Shown in pieces: positions 41,833-51,013 of a stretch of DNA of 64,000 bases. Location of the stretch: positions 2,898-66,897 of the forward strand of contig JBNMGG010000006.1 in NCBI GenBank assembly GCA_050872145.1, given 5' to 3'. The position numbers and the translations under genes were made by a program. The stretch comes from Candidatus Enteromonas sp. GTDB lineage: Bacteria; Bacillota_I; Bacilli_A; RFN20; CAG-826. The notes under the pieces are model-generated. The model worked only from the letters and a program-made list of their open reading frames with translations. It was not told the DNA's origin and did no database searches. Within the stretch, counting starts at the first letter, position 1. Every line of letters begins with the position of its first letter.

Positions 41833-43112
41833 TCGACATCAAATTGATCCTCGAGAAGCCTGATTACGTCGTGGCCGCCCTCAAAAAGAAGAACTGGGAC
41901 TTCGACCCGAAGCCCATCGCGGAGCTTTCCGCCAAACGCCTTGAACTGCTGAAACAGGTCGAAGCGTCCAAATCCGAACAGAACAAACTCTCCAAATCCG
42001 TTCCCCAGGTGAAGAAAGAAGGCGGGGACGTTCAGGCGATCTTCGCCAAAGTCAAAGCCCTCGCCGCCTCCAGCAAAGAAGCCGAGGCTGAGCTTGCTAA
42101 AGTCGAAGAGGGGATCAAAGCCCTCATCGAAGTCCTGCCCAACCTCCCCGACGACGACCTCGTGGGCGGAGGGAAAGAGAACAACCACCCGATTTACCAT
42201 TTCGGCGAAGAGCCCAAATTCGAAGGCTTCACCCCGAAGGACCACGTCGAGCTCGCCGAATCCCTGGGTCTGATCGATTACAAGAGGGCCGCGAAGATTT
42301 CCGGGACCGGGACTTGGATTTACACCAACCTCGGAGCCAGGATGGAATGGGCCCTGCTCAACTACTTCATCGAGAACCACGTCGCCGACGGCTATGAGAT
42401 GATCCTCCCACCCCACATCCTCAACTACGAATCCGGATACACCGCCGGGCAATTCCCGAAATTCAAAGAGGACGTCTTCTGGTTGGAAGGGACCGAGCCG
42501 AAGAAGTTCATCCTCCCCACCGCCGAAACCGCTTTGGTGAACCTTCACCGTTCCGAAATCCTCGATTTGAACGATCTTCCCCGGAAATACTTCGCCTATA
42601 CCCCCTGCTACCGCAAGGAAGCCGGCTCCTACCGCACCGAGGAGAGGGGCATGATCCGCGGCTATCAGTTCGACAAAGTCGAGATGGTCCAATACACCAC
42701 CAAAGAAGGCAGCGACGCCGCCTTCGAGGAAATGGTCAACAAAGCCAAGCGCCTCGTGGAAGGACTCGGGCTCTGCTATCAGGTCGACAAATTGGCGGCT
42801 GGGGATTGCTCCCACTCCATGGCCAGGACCTACGACATCGAAGTCTGGATCCCCTCCATGCACATCTACAAGGAAGTCTCTTCCGTCTCCAACGCCCGCG
42901 ACTACCAAGCCCGCCGCGGCATGATCCGTTACCGCGACGAAGAAGGCAAAGTCCAGTTCTGCCACACCCTCAACGGTTCTGGCCTTGCGACTTCCCGCGT
43001 CTTCCCCGCGATCCTCGAACAGTTCCAGCAAGCCGATGGCTCGGTCATCGTTCCGGAGCCTCTCCGGAAGTACATGGGCGGCATCTCCGTCCTTAAGCCG
43101 ATCAAGAAGTAA
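41829..43112 (+). CDS. serS: serine--tRNA ligase
   Basis: 427 aa. N-terminal coiled coil and class II motifs (TAETALVNLH, FRKEAGS, GSGLATSR). Confidence 0.97.
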   Translation: MIDIKLILEKPDYVVAALKKKNWDFDPKPIAELSAKRLELLKQVEASKSEQNKLSKSVPQVKKEGGDVQAIFAKVKALAASSKEAEAELAKVEEGIKALIEVLPNLPDDDLVGGGKENNHPIYHFGEEPKFEGFTPKDHVELAESLGLIDYKRAAKISGTGTWIYTNLGARMEWALLNYFIENHVADGYEMILPPHILNYESGYTAGQFPKFKEDVFWLEGTEPKKFILPTAETALVNLHRSEILDLNDLPRKYFAYTPCYRKEAGSYRTEERGMIRGYQFDKVEMVQYTTKEGSDAAFEEMVNKAKRLVEGLGLCYQVDKLAAGDCSHSMARTYDIEVWIPSMHIYKEVSSVSNARDYQARRGMIRYRDEEGKVQFCHTLNGSGLATSRVFPAILEQFQQADGSVIVPEPLRKYMGGISVLKPIKK

Positions 43113-43126
43113 GCTCTTGAACGTTC

Positions 43127-43153
43127 GCCCCCTCCTTCGTGAGAGGGCTTTTT
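43127..43153 (+). terminator. Rho-independent terminator of serS
   Basis: GCCCCCTC-cttcgt-GAGAGGGC followed by TTTTT. Confidence 0.7.
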
Positions 43154-43180
43154 CTTGCCCGTGCCCTCAAGACCGCTTTT

Positions 43181-43189
43181 TGATATAAT
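43181..43189 (+). promoter_or_regulatory. extended -10 promoter (TGATATAAT) of the SRP RNA
   Basis: Exact TGnTATAAT, ending 6-7 nt before the predicted 5' end of the RNA. Confidence 0.5.
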
Positions 43190-43195
43190 CAATAC

Positions 43196-43278
43196 GCCAT
43201 CGCGAGGGAAAGACGACGAACCAGGTCAGGTGGGGAACCAAGCAGCCTTAAATCGTTTGCCCCTGTGCGGTGGTTTTT
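43196..43278 (+). ncRNA. ffs: small (4.5S-type) signal recognition particle RNA
   Basis: CCAGGTCAGGTGGGGAACCAAGCAGCC matches the conserved SRP RNA helix 8 with its GGAA tetraloop. The flanking arms GCCATCGCGAGGG and CCCCTGTGCGGTGG pair to close a single ~80-nt hairpin, and a T5 run follows. Confidence 0.75.
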
Positions 43279-43279
43279 C

Positions 43280-43285
43280 TATCAT
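43280..43285 (+). promoter_or_regulatory. -10-like TATCAT placed 6 nt before the tadA ATG (candidate leaderless promoter)
   Basis: TATCAT-tggtcc-ATG with no Shine-Dalgarno. Confidence 0.3.
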
Positions 43286-43291
43286 TGGTCC

Positions 43292-43759
43292 ATGAGGCAG
43301 CAAGACGACATCTTTTATATGAAGGAAGCCTTGAAAGAGGCGGAAGAAGCTCTCCGGCAGGGGGAGGTCCCCGTGGGAGCGGTGGTGGTCCGCAACGGGG
43401 AAATCATCGGCAGGGGGAGAAACGGCAGGGAGAAAGGCCTTGATATTTCAAGCCACGCGGAAATTAACGCCCTGAAAGACGCTGCAAAGCACTTAGGACG
43501 TTGGGATCTTCCCGATTGCTCTTTATACGTGACCTTGGAGCCATGTTTGATGTGCTCCGGGGCGATTTTGCAGGCACGGGTGCGTTATTTATGCTTTGGA
43601 GCCTTAGACGAAAAGGCGGGGGCCGTGGTATCGAATTTTTATGTCTTCGATAGCAAAAACGCGTATACGCCCCCGTTAATTGACAAAAACGTGCTCAAAA
43701 ACGAGTGCGAAGAGATCCTGAAAACTTTCTTCGCGAATAAACGGAAAGGCACCAACTGA
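43292..43759 (+). CDS. tadA: tRNA-specific adenosine deaminase
   Basis: CDA zinc motifs HAEINAL and PCLMCSGA. Start chosen at MRQQDDIFYMKEAL, the internal Met of track ORF 43265..43759. Confidence 0.9.
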   Translation: MRQQDDIFYMKEALKEAEEALRQGEVPVGAVVVRNGEIIGRGRNGREKGLDISSHAEINALKDAAKHLGRWDLPDCSLYVTLEPCLMCSGAILQARVRYLCFGALDEKAGAVVSNFYVFDSKNAYTPPLIDKNVLKNECEEILKTFFANKRKGTN

Positions 43760-43838
43760 TTGGCCTTTCAAATCGGTTCAATACACAGTCTTTACTCTGT
43801 ATAGAAAAAGATAATTACATCCGCGGTAGTCGGAATAA

Positions 43839-43847
43839 TGGTATGCT
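43839..43847 (+). promoter_or_regulatory. extended -10 (TGgTATGCT) placed 6 nt before the ABC transporter ATG (candidate leaderless promoter)
   Basis: TGGTATGCT-ttcatc-ATG with no Shine-Dalgarno. Confidence 0.4.
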
Positions 43848-43853
43848 TTCATC

Positions 43854-46751
43854 ATGGAAAACAACCCTGGGAGCAACGTTCAAAGAATCGATTCCTTGGA
43901 GCTGGTCGGCATTCAAAAGAGTTTTCAATCAGGCGGCCAAATTTTCAATGCGTTAAAAGGGGTTGGCCTGAAACTCGAGGGGACAGGGATTGTCTCCCTA
44001 ATCGGCCCTTCCGGGTGCGGGAAAACGACCTTATTGAATATCATCGGCGGCCTTGATCACCAAACTTCCGGCGATGTGCTGATCAATGGGGTGTCCACGA
44101 AGTCATACAAAGGAAAAGACTGGGATTTGTACCGAAACAAATACATCGGATTCGTGTTTCAAAATTACAACCTCGTTTGGTACAAAAGCGTTTTGGAGAA
44201 CGTATGCCTCCCTTTGGAAATCGCTGGAGTCAAAAGGGCGGAGAGAAAAAGAAGGGCTTTGGCCGCTCTAGAAAAAGTTGGTCTCAAAGGCTTGGAAAAA
44301 AAGAAACCAAGTCAGCTTTCCGGCGGGCAAATGCAGCGCGTTGCGATTGCACGTGCAATCGTCAATGAACCTTCTTTAATCTTGGCGGATGAGCCCACCG
44401 GCGCGCTCGATTCGGAAGCCTCCATCCTCGTCTTGGATTTACTGAAAGAAATTTCTAAGGATCGTCTGGTCCTCCTCGTTACCCATAACGAAACATTGGC
44501 CAAGAAGTATTCCGATCGGATTGTCACAATGAAAGACGGTCTCATCGTGTCGGATGAAGGGGAATGCAAAAAGCTCGCAAAAACCCAATTAAATAATGGC
44601 TTTGCGGCAAAAAACAAATACATGTCCCCCTTATCTGCCTTATCCTCCGCTGGGCGAACCATTCTTTTAAAAAGGGCCAGAATCTCTCTGACGGCTCTTT
44701 CTTGTTCCTTTGGAATTTTGGGCGTGGCTTTGATTTTGGCGATCAACAACGGCTTTTCCACTTATGTGTCCAACGTTGAAAAATCGGTCGCCAGCTCGGT
44801 GCCAATTGCCTTATCTCCTCTGACGACTCGGTACCATTACGAAAAGGAAGAAAGCCTGACGGAATATCCTGACGGGAATAACGTCAATATATCCGATTAT
44901 CGGAAGTCTTATTCTGAGGTTATCTACAATAATTTCTCGGATGAATATTTCTCTTATCTAAACGCGATTACCGAAGATCCAAATTGTTCCGCCTATGGGT
45001 CCGCCATGTCCGTTATGTTTTATCGGAGAAACCTTACTTATCACTTTATGAAAGAGGATCCCTCCGGGAATATTCGCCTCATTAACCAATATCAGAATGC
45101 CTCTTCTTCCGGATATACCCTTGCTTCCATGACTTCCCTTCCCGGGACGATTCTCCATGAAATGTATGGCGACGAAGACAATATGTCTTCTCTTTACGAC
45201 ACGATAGCCGGAAAGTTTCCAACCCGGGCTGACGAATTGGCTTTGGTTTTGGACTCCTACAATCGAATCGACTTTTCTACGATGAAGGCGTTGGGCTTTT
45301 ATGCTTCTGATGCGACGATGAAGGGGAGTTTGGATACGTTGACCTTCGATCAAATCCTCGGGAACGAACTCAAGTGCTATACGAATTCCGAATACTACGG
45401 TATCCACAGCATTTCGGAATTGGAGGAAAAAACGAAAACCCCTTCCTTTCCGGCATATGGTTCCTTGTCTTTGAGCATTTCTGATTCCAATGGCGATGGA
45501 GCCTACGAGGCCGAAGTGAAGGATGAGGATCCGGAAAAGAAAACGAAAACTTGCCGGACGATTGAAGCGCCTACGGGGGCGGAGGTTTATTCCGACGAAA
45601 CGAACCACAAACCGATCCGTTGCAAAATCGTGGGCATTCTTCGGCCTTCGAAAGGCTCCTATATTCAGCTGATGCCGTCCTCGCTGGCGTACACGCCTGC
45701 TTTGACCAAGCAGATCGTTGCCGATTTCGAGAATCCTGTAACTCAAAAAATGGCTGAATATCAAAAGGATAATTGGCTGATTCCGCGGGGTGGGGAGGGA
45801 TCTAATTGGAACTTTGACGGAAAGCAGAAACTCCAAGAGGCCTTTTCAACCCTTGCTTCCGCGCTTACGACGATTAAGAAAACCGGCCGCGTCGATGACG
45901 CATCCAACGATTTGGCTCTCTTTAAGAATCAATTGAATTCCTGCTTTTGCTTCATCAACGCGAACGGCGCGCTGAAAAATGGGAGCTATTCCTATTATTC
46001 GAGCCCTTCTGGGTATCTTGGGCTTTGCAAAACCTTTGGTGCCAACTTTCCTCAAGCCGATTTGCAAGAGCTCATTGCCGAGATGGCGCTTGGCAATTCT
46101 TTGGTTTTGGGCCCGGACTTCTTTGACGGGGGAGTGGAGCCCGGCCTCATGGATTACGTGGCATCTATGAACGCCTATTCTTTGGTAGATTCCATTCTCA
46201 TCTTCCCTTCTGGACTGTCCTCAAAAGACCGCCTCACTTCTTATTTGGACGCTTGGAACGAAAAGCATCCGGACCAAAAAAATCAGTACATTGACGCGAT
46301 GGCGGATTTCACTTCTTCCCTAGGGACTTTGATTCAGGTTCTTTCTATCGTTTTGGTTGTTTTCGCTTCGATTTCCTTGGTTGTTTCTTCCATTATGACC
46401 GCAATCATCACCTATCTTTCCGTTGTTGAAAGAACGAAAGAAATTGGAGTTTTGCGGGCTTGTGGGGCTAGAAAACGAGATGTTGGCAGGCTTTTTGAAT
46501 TCGAATGCTTGTTCGTCGGACTCTTCGCCGGAGCGCTTGGGGTTGGCCTATCTGCGCTGGCTTGTATTCCCCTGGATTCCTTCCTTAATCAGCGTTTTCC
46601 CTCTAACCATCTCGGCGCCATTGCAAAACTGAATCCAACGACGGCCCTGATTCTTATTCTGGTTTCCATGCTTCTTTCTTTTTTAAGCGGATATATTCCG
46701 TCCCGCCTTGCCGCGAAGAAAGATCCCGTGGTTTGTTTAAGGAGCGAATGA
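43854..46751 (+). CDS. fused ABC ATPase / FtsX-type permease (MacB-like) with a very large extracytoplasmic domain
   Basis: 965 aa. [34 protein letters not shown]. One TM near residue 280, roughly 540 aa of extracytoplasmic sequence, then C-terminal FtsX helices. Confidence 0.88.
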   Translation: MENNPGSNVQRIDSLELVGIQKSFQSGGQIFNALKGVGLKLEGTGIVSLIGPSGCGKTTLLNIIGGLDHQTSGDVLINGVSTKSYKGKDWDLYRNKYIGFVFQNYNLVWYKSVLENVCLPLEIAGVKRAERKRRALAALEKVGLKGLEKKKPSQLSGGQMQRVAIARAIVNEPSLILADEPTGALDSEASILVLDLLKEISKDRLVLLVTHNETLAKKYSDRIVTMKDGLIVSDEGECKKLAKTQLNNGFAAKNKYMSPLSALSSAGRTILLKRARISLTALSCSFGILGVALILAINNGFSTYVSNVEKSVASSVPIALSPLTTRYHYEKEESLTEYPDGNNVNISDYRKSYSEVIYNNFSDEYFSYLNAITEDPNCSAYGSAMSVMFYRRNLTYHFMKEDPSGNIRLINQYQNASSSGYTLASMTSLPGTILHEMYGDEDNMSSLYDTIAGKFPTRADELALVLDSYNRIDFSTMKALGFYASDATMKGSLDTLTFDQILGNELKCYTNSEYYGIHSISELEEKTKTPSFPAYGSLSLSISDSNGDGAYEAEVKDEDPEKKTKTCRTIEAPTGAEVYSDETNHKPIRCKIVGILRPSKGSYIQLMPSSLAYTPALTKQIVADFENPVTQKMAEYQKDNWLIPRGGEGSNWNFDGKQKLQEAFSTLASALTTIKKTGRVDDASNDLALFKNQLNSCFCFINANGALKNGSYSYYSSPSGYLGLCKTFGANFPQADLQELIAEMALGNSLVLGPDFFDGGVEPGLMDYVASMNAYSLVDSILIFPSGLSSKDRLTSYLDAWNEKHPDQKNQYIDAMADFTSSLGTLIQVLSIVLVVFASISLVVSSIMTAIITYLSVVERTKEIGVLRACGARKRDVGRLFEFECLFVGLFAGALGVGLSALACIPLDSFLNQRFPSNHLGAIAKLNPTTALILILVSMLLSFLSGYIPSRLAAKKDPVVCLRSE

Positions 46752-46752
46752 A

Positions 46753-47310
46753 ATGATTACGGAAGCCAAATTCAAGTACGCTTTGAAGAGCATGATGGAA
46801 ACGATGCCCCTTGAGGAAATCAACGTCACCGCCCTATGCGAGAAGTGCAAATGCCATCGGCAGACGTTCTATTACCATTACCAAGACATTTACGATCTCA
46901 TCGCGGCCATTTTCCTCAACGAAGATTTGACGGCCCTTAACAATGCGAAGGATACCAAAAAATCCCTCACGGCCTTCCTGACTTATGCGAAGAACAACTT
47001 TTCCTTCCTTCGCTCTACCTACAACTCCGCAGGGCGCGATCTGACCGATGATTTCGTCTTTGGAAAAATCAATGCGAAACTATTTTCCCTGTGGACCGGA
47101 GACGAGACTTTGGGTCTCAAAAAAGAAGGGGTGCGAACCATGGCGAGGAGGTTCTCCCGCGTCATCGCCGACGAAATCGCCTTCTGCATGAAGGATCAAA
47201 AGCTAACCCCCGAGCGGTTCTACCATTACATGAATCGGTTTTCGGATAATGCGATTCGACTGCTATTGCCCGCTTTCGCCGCTCTTTCCAAAAAGGAGGA
47301 AATGAAATGA
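46753..47310 (+). CDS. TetR-like regulator (DhaS-type)
   Basis: 185 aa. MPLEEINVTALCEKCKCHRQTFYYHYQDIYDL, a TetR-type HTH. Starts 1 nt after the ABC gene. Confidence 0.55.
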   Translation: MITEAKFKYALKSMMETMPLEEINVTALCEKCKCHRQTFYYHYQDIYDLIAAIFLNEDLTALNNAKDTKKSLTAFLTYAKNNFSFLRSTYNSAGRDLTDDFVFGKINAKLFSLWTGDETLGLKKEGVRTMARRFSRVIADEIAFCMKDQKLTPERFYHYMNRFSDNAIRLLLPAFAALSKKEEMK

Positions 47311-48482
47311 TCGATTTCGATTTCGTGGCCCCGACCAAATTGTTCTTTGGGGAAAATGCCGAGCTTCGTTTGGGAGAGATTTTGGAGCACTACCGCGTCA
47401 AGTCGCTTCTTTTGGCTTATGGCGGCGGATCTATCAAAAGAAGCGGTCTTTATCAAACGGTTGTTTCCCAACTTCTGCAAAAAGGAATTTATTTTGAAGA
47501 ACTTGGTGGAATCCGCGCAAATCCAACGCGAGAGTCCGTTTTGCAAGGCGTAGAAAAAACCCGCAAAACCCATTTTGATTTGATTCTTGCCGTTGGCGGT
47601 GGATCGGTTATCGATGCTAGCAAAGCCATCGGCGTCGGCGCTTTTTATCCCGGCGATCCCTTTGATTTCAATCTAAAGAAAGTAGCCCCAACCCAAACGA
47701 TTCCGGTTGGCGTGGTTTTGACGATTGCCAGCGCCGGAAGCGAGATGTCAAATTCTTGCGTGATCTCAAATGATGCGACGGGCATTAAACAAGGGTTCAA
47801 TTCCGATGTTGTCCGTCCTTTGTTCGCTGTTGAAGACCCCAAATTGACCTACACCGTTCCGCCTTGTCAAACCGCCGCGGGATTTTGCGATACGATGATG
47901 CATTCTTTGGAACGCTATTTCGGTGCGTCTGATTCGATGCAGCTTGCCGATGATTGGGCTTTGGATCTCATTAAAAACACAATGAAAGCCGGCGTGGCGG
48001 CGCTAAGGAACCCAACCGATTACCAAGCCCGCGCTTCCTTGATGCTCGATTCTTCCCTTTCCCACAACGGCTATACGGGGATTGGAAAGAAATACTCTTT
48101 CGTGGTTCACCCCCTGGAGCATGCCTTGAGCGGATATCGGCCGGACATCACCCATGGGGCGGGGGTCGCTTTGCTCTTCCCCGCTTGGGCTCGGTATGTT
48201 TATAAGCTTGCCCCTACGAAATTCGCCCGCATGGGAAAGGCTTTGTTTAACTTAGAAGGCGACAGCGAAGAAGAAACGGCTATAATGGGTATCGCGGCGA
48301 TGAAAGATTTCTTTCATTCCGTTGGCATGCCGGTTTCCTTCCAAGAAATCGGAATCGGCGAAGATGACATAAAGCCTCTGTGCGATTTGGCTAGCGGTAA
48401 CGGAACACGTGTGATTGGCTGTTACCCCCAATCACTGAATCGGCAGGACATTGAAGCAATTTACCGGAGCCTGCTCGATTAA
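47307..48482 (+). CDS. iron-containing (group III) alcohol dehydrogenase
   Basis: 391 aa. GGGSVIDASKAIG and the metal-binding His cluster HPLEHALSGYRPDITHGAG. Confidence 0.9.
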   Translation: MIDFDFVAPTKLFFGENAELRLGEILEHYRVKSLLLAYGGGSIKRSGLYQTVVSQLLQKGIYFEELGGIRANPTRESVLQGVEKTRKTHFDLILAVGGGSVIDASKAIGVGAFYPGDPFDFNLKKVAPTQTIPVGVVLTIASAGSEMSNSCVISNDATGIKQGFNSDVVRPLFAVEDPKLTYTVPPCQTAAGFCDTMMHSLERYFGASDSMQLADDWALDLIKNTMKAGVAALRNPTDYQARASLMLDSSLSHNGYTGIGKKYSFVVHPLEHALSGYRPDITHGAGVALLFPAWARYVYKLAPTKFARMGKALFNLEGDSEEETAIMGIAAMKDFFHSVGMPVSFQEIGIGEDDIKPLCDLASGNGTRVIGCYPQSLNRQDIEAIYRSLLD

Positions 48483-48499
48483 GGAGGCTTTTCTTATTT

Positions 48500-49657
48500 A
48501 TGAACAATCTTTTGAAGAAAAACGACTTCGCGACTTTCTTGGCTTACATCGCCATGTTCGCCATCGCGCTTTTGGTGGGCTTGCTCGTCGTTTCGCCCAC
48601 GATCAAAGCCAGCAACGTGACCACGCCGGAAGCGGTGGTCATCGTCGTCATCTCGGTTTTGGTTGGCGTTATTTTCAATTCCGCCTGTCTTGAACTCTTC
48701 CATCTTCTCGGCGCCGCTTCCGGCGGCTATAAGGTCTTGAGCGTCTGCATCCTCAGCATGACCTTCAAGAAAAGGAAAACCAAAAAGGACCGCTTCTTCA
48801 CCTTTGCTTCCTTCGACGGTTTGACCGGTGAGACCAAAGTCGATCCCAAGGATGTCCAAAAATCTTCGCCCACGGGGATGATCCTCTTCCCGATGCTGGG
48901 GTATTTGGCCGAGGTTATTATCCTTTTGGTCTTGGCTTCCGTCTTCCACAGCATCACCTGGATTCCCATCTCCGCTTACGTCATTCTTGCCATCGGCGGC
49001 ATGATCTTCGTTTATAACTCCATCCCCGCCCATTTGGATTCGATCACCGACGGCTATCTCCTCGTCCTTTTGACCAAACCCGTCAACCGCGTGGCCTACA
49101 ACCAAATCCTTCTGGCGGAGCACAGCGATAACAAAGAAGAAGCTTTGGCCAGCCTCCCCGTTTACGAAGACTTGACCGATTTTACCGCGACCCTCAACGT
49201 CATCGCCGCTTACCGCAAGGTGATCCAAGGCGACTTAGATGGGGCTCTAGCCATCTTCTCCGCGATCGCCTCGGCGGAGAAAGGCGTCTCCAAGAGCCTT
49301 GTTCAGGAAGCCTCTTGCCAGAAGCTCGCTTTATTGCTTTTGATGGAAAAAGAAAAAGAAGCCAAGGACTATTACGAAGGCATGCCTGACTCTGAAAGAA
49401 GGTACATCGCTTCTCTTGCTAGCTTGCCCGCCCTCCGCTGCTATGCTTTGGTTTCTGGAATCTTCGAAGGAAGCGATACGGAGACCAGTTGGGCCTTCGA
49501 TAAGGTGGAGCGTCTGCAAAAGAAAGTCTCCGGGGTCGCGTTAGAAGGGGAGAACGTCTTGCTGAACTCCTCTTATTCCCTTTTGAAGAAAATGCACCCG
49601 GACTGGGATATCCAAGCTGACTTCATCGAGCATCAAGAAAAAGCCGACAAGCAATAG
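48500..49657 (+). CDS. polytopic membrane protein with S2P/M50-like motifs and a helical-repeat tail
   Basis: 385 aa. About 5 TM segments. LELFH where M50 proteases have HExxH, and NSIPAHLDSITDG resembling the NxxPxxxxDG motif. AAGGAGG Shine-Dalgarno. Confidence 0.4.
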   Translation: MNNLLKKNDFATFLAYIAMFAIALLVGLLVVSPTIKASNVTTPEAVVIVVISVLVGVIFNSACLELFHLLGAASGGYKVLSVCILSMTFKKRKTKKDRFFTFASFDGLTGETKVDPKDVQKSSPTGMILFPMLGYLAEVIILLVLASVFHSITWIPISAYVILAIGGMIFVYNSIPAHLDSITDGYLLVLLTKPVNRVAYNQILLAEHSDNKEEALASLPVYEDLTDFTATLNVIAAYRKVIQGDLDGALAIFSAIASAEKGVSKSLVQEASCQKLALLLLMEKEKEAKDYYEGMPDSERRYIASLASLPALRCYALVSGIFEGSDTETSWAFDKVERLQKKVSGVALEGENVLLNSSYSLLKKMHPDWDIQADFIEHQEKADKQ

Positions 49658-49670
49658 CCCGTCGGCTTGC

Positions 49671-49692
49671 AAAGGCGCTTCGGCGCCTTTTT
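49671..49692 (+). terminator. bidirectional hairpin terminator between convergent genes
   Basis: AAAGGCGC-ttcg-GCGCCTTT followed by TT. Overlaps the pmbA stop codon. Confidence 0.65.
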
Positions 49693-51013
49693 ATTTGCCG
49701 CCGATCGACATCGATTTGATGCGCATCGAGGCAATGGAAATCGAGTTCCCCGTCAGTAGGACGTCCGAGGCGAATCCTTGGCAATCCAAGAACATCTTCA
49801 GCAGGTTCCCGGACAAGGTGATGAGGTTCAACGGCTTGTCGAGTTTCCCGTCTTTGATTAAGAAACCCTCCGCTTGGCAGGAGAAGTCTCCGGAATTGCC
49901 GTTCATCCCGGTCCCGAGCCCGGCGACGTCGGTGATGTAGACGCCTTCTTTGATGTCGGAGATGAGCTCATCGAAGCTCTTCTTGCCCGGCTTGACGAAG
50001 ATGTTCCCGAACGCCGTGCCGATCTTTCCGCCTCCCCAAGAGGCGTTCCCGGTGGTTTCGACCCCGTCTTTCTTCGCGGTTTCGCGGTTGTAGAAGTAGG
50101 TCATCAACTTCCCGTTTTTGATCACGTCTTTGTTCGTGCAGGCGACCCCTTCCCCGTCGAAGTAAGTGAAGTAGATGTTGCGGGCCAAAGGCTTCTCCTG
50201 GATGCTGACTTTGGAAGAAGCGATCTTCTGCCCCAATTTCCCTTCCAAGAAGGAGGAGTGGCGTTGGACGCTGTCGGCGATGCAGGCGCCTAGGAAGTAA
50301 TCCGTCAGATCCGAGGCGACGTCCGGGCAGAGGACGGTCGTGTATTTCCCGGATGGGCACTGAGTCCCGCCGAATTTCCTGCTGGCCCCGGAGATGATCT
50401 TGTTCACGAATTTTTGCTCATCGAATTTGGAAAGATCCTGATCAATGAAGAATTCGTAGTTGGTTTTGGTCTCTTCCCCTTGCCGGAGCACTGCTCCTCC
50501 GGTGATGGAGAAGTAGTTGCTCTTCTCCTTGAGCTTGAGCCCATAGGAATTGAGAAAGGTGGTTTCGTTGGAAGATTCCCCATACCTCACCCCGTCGGCT
50601 TCGGTAACGCGCGGGTCGGCCGCGTAGATGTCGTTTTCGACTTTCTTCAGCAACGCGAGCTTCTCGCTGATGGGGGTTTCGTCCAAAGCTTTGGAATAAA
50701 CTGATCCCTTCTTGTATTTCTCCGAACCCGGGAAGATGCCAACGGAGTCACTCTTCTCGGAATAGGTCGCATTCTCGATGATCTTGTCGATCAAATATTC
50801 GAAGGTCCCTTTGCCGATCTTCTCCGTGGAGGCGGAGCCGTACTTCCCTTTGTAGATGCCGCAAGCGCTGATGCTTTGGCTGGAAGTGACTTTGTAGGTG
50901 TCAATCTCGCGGTGGAACAGGGAAATCGAAATGGAAGAGGATTTCCCGATTTGGATTTGGCTTTCGGTGATTCCTTTTTCCTTGGCTAATTCAAAGAAGC
51001 GATTGAAGTTCAT
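49691..51013 (-). CDS. pmbA: TldE/PmbA family metalloprotease subunit
   Basis: 440 aa, TldD/PmbA fold family. 4-nt overlap with tldD. Confidence 0.85.
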   Translation of the reverse strand: MNFNRFFELAKEKGITESQIQIGKSSSISISLFHREIDTYKVTSSQSISACGIYKGKYGSASTEKIGKGTFEYLIDKIIENATYSEKSDSVGIFPGSEKYKKGSVYSKALDETPISEKLALLKKVENDIYAADPRVTEADGVRYGESSNETTFLNSYGLKLKEKSNYFSITGGAVLRQGEETKTNYEFFIDQDLSKFDEQKFVNKIISGASRKFGGTQCPSGKYTTVLCPDVASDLTDYFLGACIADSVQRHSSFLEGKLGQKIASSKVSIQEKPLARNIYFTYFDGEGVACTNKDVIKNGKLMTYFYNRETAKKDGVETTGNASWGGGKIGTAFGNIFVKPGKKSFDELISDIKEGVYITDVAGLGTGMNGNSGDFSCQAEGFLIKDGKLDKPLNLITLSGNLLKMFLDCQGFASDVLLTGNSISIASMRIKSMSIGGK

